Shown one piece after another: positions 27,010-36,341 of a DNA stretch of 41,165 bases. Below the pieces are notes generated by a model that searched no databases, had not been told where the DNA came from, and saw only the letters and a list, made by a program, of their open reading frames with translations. Numbering within the stretch: the first letter of the stretch is position 1; every line of letters begins with the position of its first letter. The position numbers and the translations under genes are program-made. Source of the stretch: Treponema sp. (GTDB lineage: Bacteria > Spirochaetota > Spirochaetia > Treponematales > Breznakiellaceae); assembly GCA_031254615.1 (NCBI GenBank), contig JAIRUC010000148.1, forward strand, positions 1-41,165, read 5' to 3'.

Positions 27010-29019
27010 TCACGCTTTCATCAAAATCAAAACCCCGGCAACCGGCAGAGAATAGCGCTCGTTAGGTGCAAATGCTTTATCCGTCAATAAATCCCGGCAG
27101 GCAAATGGAATGGTCACTTCGGTCACGCTTTGATTGTGGTTCAGCACAAAGACAAATTCCGATTCTCCTTTTATCCGCCGGGCGGCTTCGATTCCTTCCT
27201 GCGGCGGGAAAACAGGCGTTATACCACATTCATCGCAGATTAAAGCGGTAAAGCGGTCTAAAAAGGGCGCTTCGGGACGTGAGCCTAAATACCATACTTG
27301 ACCCTTGCCGTAACTGTTGCGGCAAAGGGCAGGGGTTCCGGCGTAAAAATCGTCCGCATAACGGGCGATTACTTCCGCTCCTTCGGTGTGGATGATGTCG
27401 CAGAGTAAATCCGCTTTCCATGTTCCGGCCAATTTTCCCTCTGAGCAGACAAGCCTGTTAAACTGATCCGCCGGAAGGGCATCGGTTTCTTCTACCCACA
27501 GACCGCAAAGGGAGCGCAGTTCTCCGGGATAGCCGTCAATGGTAACCAGATCATATTCGTTAACCATGCCGGAAAAATAAGTGGTAACCAGTATGCCCCC
27601 TTTGCTGACAAACTCTTTCAGCTTGTCGGCGACGCCCGGTTTAACCATGTAGAGAATCGGGGCGCAAAGAATTTTGTAAGTGTCCAGCGGGGTATTCATG
27701 CCGATTACATCAACAGAAATGTTCTGTTTTGCGAGGGCGTCGTAAAAACGGAATACCTCTTCTGGATAATTCATGTTCACAGTCGGACCTGCGGATAAAG
27801 AGGCTGCCCACCAGTTGTCCCAATCATAAAGGACTGCCGCATCCCCCGCAAGGCGGCTGCCTGCAAAAGAGTCACCAAGTTTTTTTAGTTCCGCCCCAAG
27901 CTCGGCGGTTTCCCTGAACACACGGGTATTTTCATGGCCGCAGTGGTCGATAACTGCCCCGTGGAATTTTTCGCAGCAGCCGCGCGAACGGCGCATCTGG
28001 AAAAACATCACCGTGTCCGAGCCGTGCGCCAGCGCCTGATAACTCCATAATCGCATAACGCCGGGGCGTTTAAGTGAATTGTACGGCTGCCAGTTGGTAA
28101 CACTGGGCGTTTGTTCCAGCAGGAAAAACGGTTTGCCGTCCCCGCAGCCGCGCATAAGAGCGTGATTCATTGCGGTGCGGGTATATGGGGTTCCCGGAGA
28201 AGGGTAGTTATCCCACGCGATAAAGTCCATGTTTTTTCCCCATTTCTGATAATCCAAATCCCAAAAAGTTCCCATCAGATTGGTAGTTACCGGTATATCG
28301 GGGGTGATCTCCTTTAACACTTTGGCTTCGGCAAGATAACAGTCCAGCACGCTGTCGGAATTGAAGCGCCTGTAATCAATGGACTGTATCTGACAGGAGG
28401 TGCGGTTATGCGCCCATTCTCCGCCTAAGTGGCTGGGAATGACAATCTCATTCCAATCATAATAAGTATGTCCCCAAAAGTGAGCGTTCCACGCTTCATT
28501 TAACGATTCGATGGTTTTATATTTTTGTGCCAGCCATTTTCGAAAAGCTTTTTCGCAGGTTTCGCAGTAACAAAAGCCGCCGAATTCATTGGAGACATGC
28601 CACGCGATAAGGTTGTCAAGTTTCCCGTAACGTTCCGCCAGCTTTTGCGCCAACTGCGCGGAATATTTTCGATATACAGGGCTGTTGGGGCAGGAATTCT
28701 GCCTGTCGCCGAATTTGCGTTTGGAGCCGTCCGTATTAACACGAAGCACCTCAGGATATTTACGCGCCATCCAAGCCGGATGTGTCGCAGTTGCTGTAGC
28801 AAGGCATATTTTCATATCCGCGGCGCTTACAGTTTCGATTATTTCGTCAAGGACGGAAAAATTATATTCGTTTTCCGAAGGCTGAAGCGCTGCCCAGCTG
28901 AAAACATTTATCGTTAGTGTGTCGACACTTGCCATGCCAAAAAGACGCATATCTTCTTTCCATGTTTCTTTTGGCCATTGTTCCGGGTTGTAATCACCGC
29001 CGTAGAGTATCTTGTTCAT
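27010..29019 (-). CDS. GH42 beta-galactosidase
   Basis: YGGDYNPEQW, WHVSNEF, CYCETC, LLEQTP, CEKFHGA, trimerisation domain. Confidence 0.95.
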   Translation of the reverse strand: MNKILYGGDYNPEQWPKETWKEDMRLFGMASVDTLTINVFSWAALQPSENEYNFSVLDEIIETVSAADMKICLATATATHPAWMARKYPEVLRVNTDGSKRKFGDRQNSCPNSPVYRKYSAQLAQKLAERYGKLDNLIAWHVSNEFGGFCYCETCEKAFRKWLAQKYKTIESLNEAWNAHFWGHTYYDWNEIVIPSHLGGEWAHNRTSCQIQSIDYRRFNSDSVLDCYLAEAKVLKEITPDIPVTTNLMGTFWDLDYQKWGKNMDFIAWDNYPSPGTPYTRTAMNHALMRGCGDGKPFFLLEQTPSVTNWQPYNSLKRPGVMRLWSYQALAHGSDTVMFFQMRRSRGCCEKFHGAVIDHCGHENTRVFRETAELGAELKKLGDSFAGSRLAGDAAVLYDWDNWWAASLSAGPTVNMNYPEEVFRFYDALAKQNISVDVIGMNTPLDTYKILCAPILYMVKPGVADKLKEFVSKGGILVTTYFSGMVNEYDLVTIDGYPGELRSLCGLWVEETDALPADQFNRLVCSEGKLAGTWKADLLCDIIHTEGAEVIARYADDFYAGTPALCRNSYGKGQVWYLGSRPEAPFLDRFTALICDECGITPVFPPQEGIEAARRIKGESEFVFVLNHNQSVTEVTIPFACRDLLTDKAFAPNERYSLPVAGVLILMKA

Positions 29020-29045
29020 TTTTTTTCCTCATATATGGGAGTACG

Positions 29046-30707
29046 TCAGGGAGCTTCCATGCTCCAGAGTTTAACTTTGTCTTTTACCAACTGGGTCAAA
29101 GCTTTGTTCGCATCCTCAATTCCCATTGCGCGTAAGTCCTGAACGATCTTCTGCCATGCGGCGTCAAAATTCGACGGCCTTCCCAACACGATGTTGGCTA
29201 ACGCGTTCTTCATGTATTCGTCCGCCTCAGTTACCTTTGCGTTCAAATCCGGCGGCAGAGTATACTGCCACGCCTGACCGTGCCTTGATATGCCAAGCGA
29301 TTCTGTAGAGGGGAACAGGTCTGTCCACATTTCCGCTCCGTAAGCCGCCAGAGTCTCTCTTTCCACCGGCAGGTAATTCTTCTTGAGTGTTTCCGGGCTG
29401 TCGCGTGTAATGAAATTTCCGGTTGAATCAATATAGCCCCTGCCGCGTTGCGGGAACGGGTGTACCCAGCGTCCGACTCCTGTCTTTTTGCTGTAATCCG
29501 GGTCTGTGTCGGCACGGCGCTGTTCTTCTTCGGGGACTACGCGCTTCCCGTCAATTATCTGATAGTTAACTCCTTCAATTCCCCAGTTAACCAGTTTCTG
29601 AGCTTCTTCCGAACACAGCCAGTCAAGAAATTCAAACGCGCGTTCAGGGTCTTTGCAGCTTGAAGAAATTGCGATTCCCCAGCCGCCGGAAAATCCGGGG
29701 TCCATTAATGAGGCGGCTTTATAACTTTCGTTGATCGTTATGGGAAGATAGGCGTATGTCCTTTCAGCCATACCGTCGTTTATCAGCGATGAACGCGCAT
29801 CTCCGTATCCCCAGCCGGGATAGGCAATGCCAAGCACTCTGCCTGCCGCTATTTTCGCCTTCCACACATCTTCTTTCTGTGTAAATGATTCGGGGTCCAG
29901 TATTCCTTCGGCATTCATTCTGTTAAGCCATTTGTAATATTCTTTCGCCTGTGGATGTAAAAATTTATAGTACGCTTCCAGCGAGTCTTGATCCACCAGC
30001 CACTGCCCGTCGTCCGGGTAGCCAAGCAGGAAGCATGAAGGGTTGGAAAGATCAATATACCACTGCCATGTGTCGATTAACAGAGAAAAACCAATTGTCT
30101 TTTGCCCTTTAATCGTCGGGTATTTTTGCAAATAGGACTTTATCGCCTGCTCGTAATCGCTCAGCGTCTGCATTTTAGGGTAACCTAGTTCTTTTAATAC
30201 AGCGTGTTGAATCTGCATAGTTCCGTCAGCAGCCCACATGCCGTTCTTTACAGGATAAGTTCCCACATTGTAAATATGCGGGTCTTCCGTTGTGTTACGC
30301 AGCCTTGGCAGCAGATCGCCGTACAGCTCTTTTATGTATTTTCCTCTTTTTTCTATCAGGCTGTCCAGAGAAATAATTGCGCCTGCTTCTATAAGCAGCC
30401 CAAGATTTCCTTTTGCGAAAATCAAATCAGGATACTGCCCGGACGCTATCATTAAAGGTACCGCCTGCTGATCGCCGCCTACGGGACGGTCTACAGACAG
30501 CGAAACTCCGGTCATTCTGGAAATTTCCGCCGCTACCGGATCGTTAAATGGCATATCCTCGGTAGCGTCAAGGTTAAAGAAGGTGAATATTATCGGGGTT
30601 TTTGTCCCCGCCGTTGTCTCCGTCGACCCCGCCTTCTTGCATCCCGCCGCCATGAATACTGCCGCAAGGACCGCCGCAATCAGTAATAATTTCTTTCCTT
30701 TACTCAT
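29046..30707 (-). CDS. Oligosaccharide ABC solute-binding lipoprotein (LplA/YtcQ type)
   Basis: Lipobox AAGC; LMIASGQYPDL, LDPESFTQ, NWGIEGVNY. Confidence 0.88.
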   Translation of the reverse strand: MSKGKKLLLIAAVLAAVFMAAGCKKAGSTETTAGTKTPIIFTFFNLDATEDMPFNDPVAAEISRMTGVSLSVDRPVGGDQQAVPLMIASGQYPDLIFAKGNLGLLIEAGAIISLDSLIEKRGKYIKELYGDLLPRLRNTTEDPHIYNVGTYPVKNGMWAADGTMQIQHAVLKELGYPKMQTLSDYEQAIKSYLQKYPTIKGQKTIGFSLLIDTWQWYIDLSNPSCFLLGYPDDGQWLVDQDSLEAYYKFLHPQAKEYYKWLNRMNAEGILDPESFTQKEDVWKAKIAAGRVLGIAYPGWGYGDARSSLINDGMAERTYAYLPITINESYKAASLMDPGFSGGWGIAISSSCKDPERAFEFLDWLCSEEAQKLVNWGIEGVNYQIIDGKRVVPEEEQRRADTDPDYSKKTGVGRWVHPFPQRGRGYIDSTGNFITRDSPETLKKNYLPVERETLAAYGAEMWTDLFPSTESLGISRHGQAWQYTLPPDLNAKVTEADEYMKNALANIVLGRPSNFDAAWQKIVQDLRAMGIEDANKALTQLVKDKVKLWSMEAP

Positions 30708-30731
30708 TTTTATCCTCCGTTTATATTTAGT

Positions 30732-30873
30732 AACATTTAAAAACTTCAGTTTTTAAATGTTTTCATAACCTTAATGAAGAAAACCGCATTGTGGTTTTCT
30801 TCGAGGAACATTCGAACCATCATACCAAAGGTATGCGGTTCGCAAAAATCCAACCGGGATTTTTAGAAGTTCC
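30732..30873. repeat. Compound palindromic intergenic element (REP-like)
   Basis: aacatttaaaaact-tc-agtttttaaatgtt; gaagaaaaccgca-t-tgtggttttcttc; ggaac..gttcc enclosing two further hairpins. Confidence 0.7.
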
Positions 30874-30874
30874 A

Positions 30875-31768
30875 TTATTCTTTTACTGCTCCAAGAGTAA
30901 TACCTGAAACAAAGTACTTCTGTAAGAAAGGATACACGATTAAAATGGGAGCTGTCGCTATAACTGTAATGGCCATTTTGATCGCTTCCGGGTTTCGCTT
31001 TGCCGAGCGCAGTCCTTCGGAATAAATATCCGTAGCGTTACCTACCGCCTGCGCGCTGTCAAGAATTTTCATTAACTCAAACTGTAAGGTGGAAAGCCCT
31101 TTGACGGCCCGTGTGTACAGGTAAGTGTCGAACCAACTGTTCCATTGTCCTACCGCGACAAACAGGGCTACCGTTGCAAGAACAGGTTTGCAAAGCGGGA
31201 AGATGATTCTGAAAAATATCACCACATCATTTGCTCCGTCCATTTTTGCCGATTCCTGCAGTGAAAACGGTGTGTTGTCAATAAACGCACGGATCACCAC
31301 AACATTAAACGCGCTGATAAGTCCCGGAATAATGTAAACCCAAAAGTTGTTTATAAGCCCAAGATTTCTGATAAGGAGGTAATCGGGAATCATGCCGCCG
31401 CCGACATACATTGTAATTACCAGAAAAACGGTAAAGCTGCGGCGGAAAATAAAATCCTTGCGGCTGAGAGTAAAGGCAAACATGGCGCAGCAAAGAACGC
31501 TGGTAACCATACCGATAACAGTCCTTAGTACGGATGTGCGGAAGGCCGCCGGTAAATTGCTTCCACCTTCAAAAAGACCGGTATAATTACTTATTGTAAA
31601 AACTCTGGGCAGAACATGAATGCCGCCCTTTACAGTATCAATCGGGTCGTTAAATGATTTTGCGACTACGTTCAGAAAAGGGTAAAGAGTAACAAGAATT
31701 ACAAGACACATAAAGAGCAGTATAGCGATATCCACAAGTGTTTCTTTTTTCCGGCCGGTGAAACGCAT
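30875..31768 (-). CDS. Carbohydrate ABC permease (LplC/YtcP type)
   Basis: SD aaggag before ATG31768; ESAKMDGA, WNSWFD, YPFLQKYFVSGITLGAVKE. Confidence 0.92.
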   Translation of the reverse strand: MRFTGRKKETLVDIAILLFMCLVILVTLYPFLNVVAKSFNDPIDTVKGGIHVLPRVFTISNYTGLFEGGSNLPAAFRTSVLRTVIGMVTSVLCCAMFAFTLSRKDFIFRRSFTVFLVITMYVGGGMIPDYLLIRNLGLINNFWVYIIPGLISAFNVVVIRAFIDNTPFSLQESAKMDGANDVVIFFRIIFPLCKPVLATVALFVAVGQWNSWFDTYLYTRAVKGLSTLQFELMKILDSAQAVGNATDIYSEGLRSAKRNPEAIKMAITVIATAPILIVYPFLQKYFVSGITLGAVKE

Positions 31769-31778
31769 ATCTTCTCCT

Positions 31779-32693
31779 TTAAAAAAGTCTTCCCGAGCCG
31801 GATTTCTTTGCCAGATGATTGGCAATGAAAAGCAGAAGAATACTGACCACAGATTTGAATATACCGATGGCGGTTCCGTAGGAATACCTGAACAAACCAA
31901 TGCCGAAATCAAGTGCGTATTTATCCAGTACCAGCGCTTTTGTCGAGGTTACCGCGTTGCCCAGCAGGAACTGTTTTTCAAACCCGATGTTGATAATATT
32001 GCCGATACTTAAAACCAGCAGAATTATAATCGTGGAACTGATCCCCGGCAGTGTTATGAACCATATCTTCTGGAAGCGGTTTACCCCGTCAATTTCCGCC
32101 GCTTCGTAAATCTGGCTGTCTATACCCGACATGGCCGCAAGATAAATGATCGCGCTCCAGCCCATTTCTTTCCAAATGTCAGCAAACACCACGATCCACC
32201 AAAAATATTCCGGCTTGATCATAAAATTGACCGGCTCCGAAAATATTTTGAATGAAACAAAAATTTCATTTAACGGGCCGCTTATCGATAAAAGTGAAGT
32301 AACAATGTTCGCGACAACAACCCATGAGACGAAGTGGGGCAGATAGGAAACTGTCTGGGTAAATCGTTTAAATGAAAGAAACCGCAGTTCGTTAAGCAGT
32401 ATGGCAAAGCCGATGGAAGTGGTAAAACCGAATACCAATCCCAAAACACTCATGCCCAGTGTATTTTGCAGCGCGCGATAAAACAACGGCGCGTGAAAAA
32501 GGTCACGGAAATGTTTTAATCCTACCCATGTTTGTTCAAGAAAACCAAGATGCGGCTTATAGTCCTGGAATGCCATGATCCATCCCACAAGCGGGATGTA
32601 TTTAAATACTGCCAGCCAAATGACAAAGGGAACCGACATCAGCAATAAATATCTCTGTTCGTACAAGGTCTTGTACAGAGAGCGTTTTTGCAT
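31779..32693 (-). CDS. Carbohydrate ABC permease (LplB/YteP type)
   Basis: QTVSYLPHFVSWV, WKEMGWSAIIYLAA, YEAAEIDG. Confidence 0.92.
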   Translation of the reverse strand: MQKRSLYKTLYEQRYLLLMSVPFVIWLAVFKYIPLVGWIMAFQDYKPHLGFLEQTWVGLKHFRDLFHAPLFYRALQNTLGMSVLGLVFGFTTSIGFAILLNELRFLSFKRFTQTVSYLPHFVSWVVVANIVTSLLSISGPLNEIFVSFKIFSEPVNFMIKPEYFWWIVVFADIWKEMGWSAIIYLAAMSGIDSQIYEAAEIDGVNRFQKIWFITLPGISSTIIILLVLSIGNIINIGFEKQFLLGNAVTSTKALVLDKYALDFGIGLFRYSYGTAIGIFKSVVSILLLFIANHLAKKSGSGRLF

Positions 32694-32768
32694 GATCAAC
32701 TATATCAGTGGATTTTTCCGAATAATACCCTAATAATTACAGTAGTTTTCTCTAAAAACTAGAGTATT

Positions 32769-33965
32769 TTAATCTACGCTGCCTGCGGTCCTTTTTCTGA
32801 AAACCAGCGGGCTTTCTCCGACATGTTTTTTAAATTTGGTGTAAAAGTAATCGGTTTCGGTGTAGCCTACAGTGCTGGAAATTTCATAGACTTTCATATT
32901 TGTATTTTGTAACAACTCTTTTGCCGCATCTGTCCGCAGCATATCCAGATATGCGTGAAAGTTTTTCCCGGTATAGTCCTTAAAACGTTTCCCCAGATAT
33001 GCGCAATTATAATTAAAAAGTTCTCCAAGGGTTTCCAGCCTAAGGGGTTCGCTGTAGTTGTTTTTCACATAACTTATTATGCGCTGAAAACTTGAATCGG
33101 CGGACAGAAGGGGCAGACATTCACTCATGCGCAGACAGGCCGCTGTCATAGTATCCATAATATCTTTCAAATAGGGAAGTTTCATAATAGCGTCAAAAGT
33201 TTCACCTTCGGTTTCCAGCATTTCCGCCATGGCCGGAAATTTCTTTGACATAACGCTGCGGACTTCTATCATTAATACTATACAATCCTGCCGAATTTTC
33301 TGTACAGATTTAGGCGAATTATAAAAACCGGCTTCAAGGTACTGAAAAAACGATCGTATCTTTTCTTGATCAATAACCTGTATATATGAACAGAGTTTAC
33401 CCGTATCTTCGCCGGAGAGCCGCTGCGAGGCATCCTGCTGTGATGTGTCTTCTTCATTTTTTTGCAGGTCGTCAGACGAAATAAATTTTTTCTCTTTATA
33501 AAAAAAGATTTTCTTATGTAATTCTTCCGCATCCCGGCAGGTTTTACGGATACCCAAACCATGTTTGGAATAATTTTCCTTCTGACGGCTTCCAAGTGTA
33601 ATAGCGAACCTGCCGCCGGTTTTTTCCAGATAACCGGATAATTTTTCCAGCAGGCGTTTAATTGTCGGCTCAAGAGTATCTTCAAAAAGAATTACAACGA
33701 ATTTTCTGTACGGAAAAATATGGCAGTCGTTTTTTGAAAAAAAATCATTTAATTTATTTATAAGCCTGGCGGTTTTCCCCGGAGCGGATTCTCTTTCCGA
33801 TATAAAAACAGCCTGAACATTTTCGCCGCCGAAACAAAAAGGTCCGTATTTTTTTTCTGTATATGTCCCTTCGATTACTTCAAAAAAATTTCTCCAGCAT
33901 GGTCCTTCTTTCTTTTCACGCTTTGTTTTTTTTGCAGGAATTGTTTTTTTTACCGGTTTTACCAT
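32769..33965 (-). CDS. AraC-family transcriptional regulator (YesN-like effector region, no receiver domain)
   Basis: C-terminal double HTH (LETLGELFNYNCAYLGKRFK; VYEISSTVGY...YFYTKFKKHVGESPLVFRK). Confidence 0.88.
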   Translation of the reverse strand: MVKPVKKTIPAKKTKREKKEGPCWRNFFEVIEGTYTEKKYGPFCFGGENVQAVFISERESAPGKTARLINKLNDFFSKNDCHIFPYRKFVVILFEDTLEPTIKRLLEKLSGYLEKTGGRFAITLGSRQKENYSKHGLGIRKTCRDAEELHKKIFFYKEKKFISSDDLQKNEEDTSQQDASQRLSGEDTGKLCSYIQVIDQEKIRSFFQYLEAGFYNSPKSVQKIRQDCIVLMIEVRSVMSKKFPAMAEMLETEGETFDAIMKLPYLKDIMDTMTAACLRMSECLPLLSADSSFQRIISYVKNNYSEPLRLETLGELFNYNCAYLGKRFKDYTGKNFHAYLDMLRTDAAKELLQNTNMKVYEISSTVGYTETDYFYTKFKKHVGESPLVFRKRTAGSVD

Positions 33966-34094
33966 GTATCAATTCACCTAATTTCATTATATTGTTTCTT
34001 TTTAATTACATCAATAAGGTGTAACGGCTAACATAAAACTTAACCATGGAAAACCACCGCTTGCAAATTACCAAAATTATGAATAAAGTACACT

Positions 34095-35375
34095 ATGAAA
34101 CAGATAAATAGCAAACAATTCCGTAAAAAACTTTTTGTTTTTTACCAGCTATTTTTTTCCGGCCTGCTCCTTGCAGATCCTCTTTCATTTGGTTTAAAAT
34201 CCGCGCCGCCGGATATGTCTGTTTCATTGAACGGGGTATTACAAGAGCCTGTTTCCACAGCCGATGGCATAAGGCACTTCCAGTTTGAAGCTGACGGAAT
34301 TTTGCGTTTTAGCGCCCAAGGTTATAAGAGCATTGAGTATCATGTTGAAAGACCGCCCATTAAAAACGGCCTTTTGGAAATTAAGCTTGAAAATGAAAGC
34401 GGCGGCTTTGTACTTTTGGGAGAGTATTCGACAGGCGTTCAACCCAAGAGCGCTTATTTTTCGCCGGACGGTCAGCGGCTTTTTGTTCCTCTCCTTGGGC
34501 AGATGGGGATTGACGTATTCAGATTTGAACAATTGCAGCAGCAGCAACTCCGGCCTAGAATGGTTTTTGAAAAGCGGCTTTTGATACCTGAAAGCACGGC
34601 GGCCGGTTTTGTAGAAGCCTTAACCGATGCAAAGCGGCAGGAACTTTGGATTTCTAATATGGGAGAAAACAAAGTTCATATCTTCGATCTGAATACCCTT
34701 GAGTATAAAACTTCTCTGGGAACGGGCGGGATATTTCCCAAAGTTATAGCTCAGAACCCCAGCGGAGATTTGATACTGGTGTCAAATTGGATAAGTCAAG
34801 ATATCAGCGTCTTTGATTCGGAGACGAAAGAATTGCTCCGCCGTATACCGGTGGGCGGCACGCCGCGGGGCATGGCCTTTTCACCTAACGGAGCTGTACT
34901 CTATGTCGCTATTTTTGATGAGCCGGTTATTGCCGTTGTCGATATGACGCAAAACAAGGTAAGTTCCCGGTATCGGCTTTATCAGGGGGAGGGGGCCGCC
35001 CGCCATGTTATTTACCATGATGGAAAACTTTATGTTTCGGATATGTATCGTGGTACGGTTAATATCCTCGATGCGGCTACAGGGGCGCTGCTGGTTTCCC
35101 GTCGTATCGGGCCAAACATCAACACAATAGTTCTTTCGCCGGACGGCAAACGTGTCTTCGCTTCTTCCCGCGGGCGGAATAATCCGAAAGATTACACCAT
35201 ACCCGGTCCTGAGTTAGGTGCAATTTATATATTGAAGGCGGACGATCTTTCGCCGGAAGAACGTATTTGGGGACGTAACCAGCCGACAGGACTTGCAGTT
35301 TCTCCTGATGGGAAGTATATGGTTTTTACGGATTTCCTCGACGCAAACTTGGAATTGTATATGATTAAACGTTAG
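34095..35375 (+). CDS. YVTN/YncE-type beta-propeller protein, exported
   Basis: Repeated blades (TGVQPKSAYFSPDG, VGGTPRGMAFSPNG, QPTGLAVSPDG); N-terminal signal-like segment. Confidence 0.85.
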   Translation: MKQINSKQFRKKLFVFYQLFFSGLLLADPLSFGLKSAPPDMSVSLNGVLQEPVSTADGIRHFQFEADGILRFSAQGYKSIEYHVERPPIKNGLLEIKLENESGGFVLLGEYSTGVQPKSAYFSPDGQRLFVPLLGQMGIDVFRFEQLQQQQLRPRMVFEKRLLIPESTAAGFVEALTDAKRQELWISNMGENKVHIFDLNTLEYKTSLGTGGIFPKVIAQNPSGDLILVSNWISQDISVFDSETKELLRRIPVGGTPRGMAFSPNGAVLYVAIFDEPVIAVVDMTQNKVSSRYRLYQGEGAARHVIYHDGKLYVSDMYRGTVNILDAATGALLVSRRIGPNINTIVLSPDGKRVFASSRGRNNPKDYTIPGPELGAIYILKADDLSPEERIWGRNQPTGLAVSPDGKYMVFTDFLDANLELYMIKR

Positions 35376-36157
35376 ATATACTTCTTTTGTTTATCAGTAA
35401 AGAATGTGTCTTTTCCTGCGACCGTCTTCTTAATGATTTTATCGCCTTCATCTGTGAATTTTTTACTGTAATTATGAACTTTCAAAAAACTCCTTATCTC
35501 TCCGCTGATAATGTCAGGTGATATTTTCAGAATATTTTGAATGGCATCATTAAAAATAAACGGAATTGCCTCGTGTAAATCCTTTACTTTTTCCTCAGGA
35601 ATTTTTCCCGTAACAGACTCCGGGGAAATATCTGCTTTCCATAAAATCTCGTCAACATAGGCGTTTCCTATGCCTCTTACGACATGCTGATCGACTAAAA
35701 CAGCTTTGATGTTTTTCCTCGCATTTTTTTTCAGTACGCCTTTAAAATATTCAAGAGTAAAAGTATCCGCCAAAGCGTCCGGTACATCGGAAAATTTTGC
35801 GTTCAGAGTTACCTTGCACCTTTTATCTTTGTCGGCAATGACAAGATTTTGAGCGTCTTCAAAACAAAGGCTTATCATTTTTACCGGGTTTTTATCAACT
35901 CCATTCCGATCTATGATAGAAAAATTGCCATGCATCATTAGGTGAACATTGAAACTGTTTTTGTTCTCCGTCACAAAGCGTAATTCTTTGCCTTCACGAA
36001 CAATATCCTGAATGTGTGTTCCGGTGAGTCTTTCGCGAAATAGATTTGGCGTGTCGATTTTAAGGGGATCAACTATTGTCACTGATTCGATCCTTTTGGA
36101 AAGAAGCCTCTTTTTCAGGTTTATAGAAAATACATGCAAATCCGGTAATTCAGGCAT
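35372..36157 (-). CDS. Fpg/Nei-family DNA glycosylase (H2TH), no Cys4 zinc finger
   Basis: MPELPDL N-terminus fixes the start at 36157; REGKEL, HLMMHG, DQHVVRGIGNAYVDEILW. Confidence 0.88.
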   Translation of the reverse strand: MPELPDLHVFSINLKKRLLSKRIESVTIVDPLKIDTPNLFRERLTGTHIQDIVREGKELRFVTENKNSFNVHLMMHGNFSIIDRNGVDKNPVKMISLCFEDAQNLVIADKDKRCKVTLNAKFSDVPDALADTFTLEYFKGVLKKNARKNIKAVLVDQHVVRGIGNAYVDEILWKADISPESVTGKIPEEKVKDLHEAIPFIFNDAIQNILKISPDIISGEIRSFLKVHNYSKKFTDEGDKIIKKTVAGKDTFFTDKQKKYI

Positions 36158-36193
36158 AATGGTAACCTCGCTTTGTATATCTATGCTAGCATA

Positions 36194-36285
36194 ACAATGA
36201 GCAATGAGCAATGAGCAGTGAACAATTATATAGTTAACAGTTAACAGTTAATGGTTAATAGTGAAGCAGAGAGCAGGGGGCAATA
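36194..36285 (+). repeat. Degenerate 7-nt tandem repeat
   Basis: acaatga gcaatga gcaatga gcagtga acaatta / atagtta acagtta acagtta atggtta atagtga / gcagaga gcagggg. Confidence 0.85.
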
Positions 36286-36341
36286 TTATGTTAACACAAA
36301 TTTAGATAGGACTATGCTCTTTTTTATGCTATAATCATTTT

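Noticed and set aside
26819-27055. Short ORFs 26819-27013 (-) and 26852-27055 (+)
   Set aside because: No clear SD; explained by the nagA fragment and overlap with GH42
17486-32693. Both ABC clusters lack an ATPase gene
   Set aside because: Normal for carbohydrate ABC systems that share an MsmK/MsmX-type ATPase
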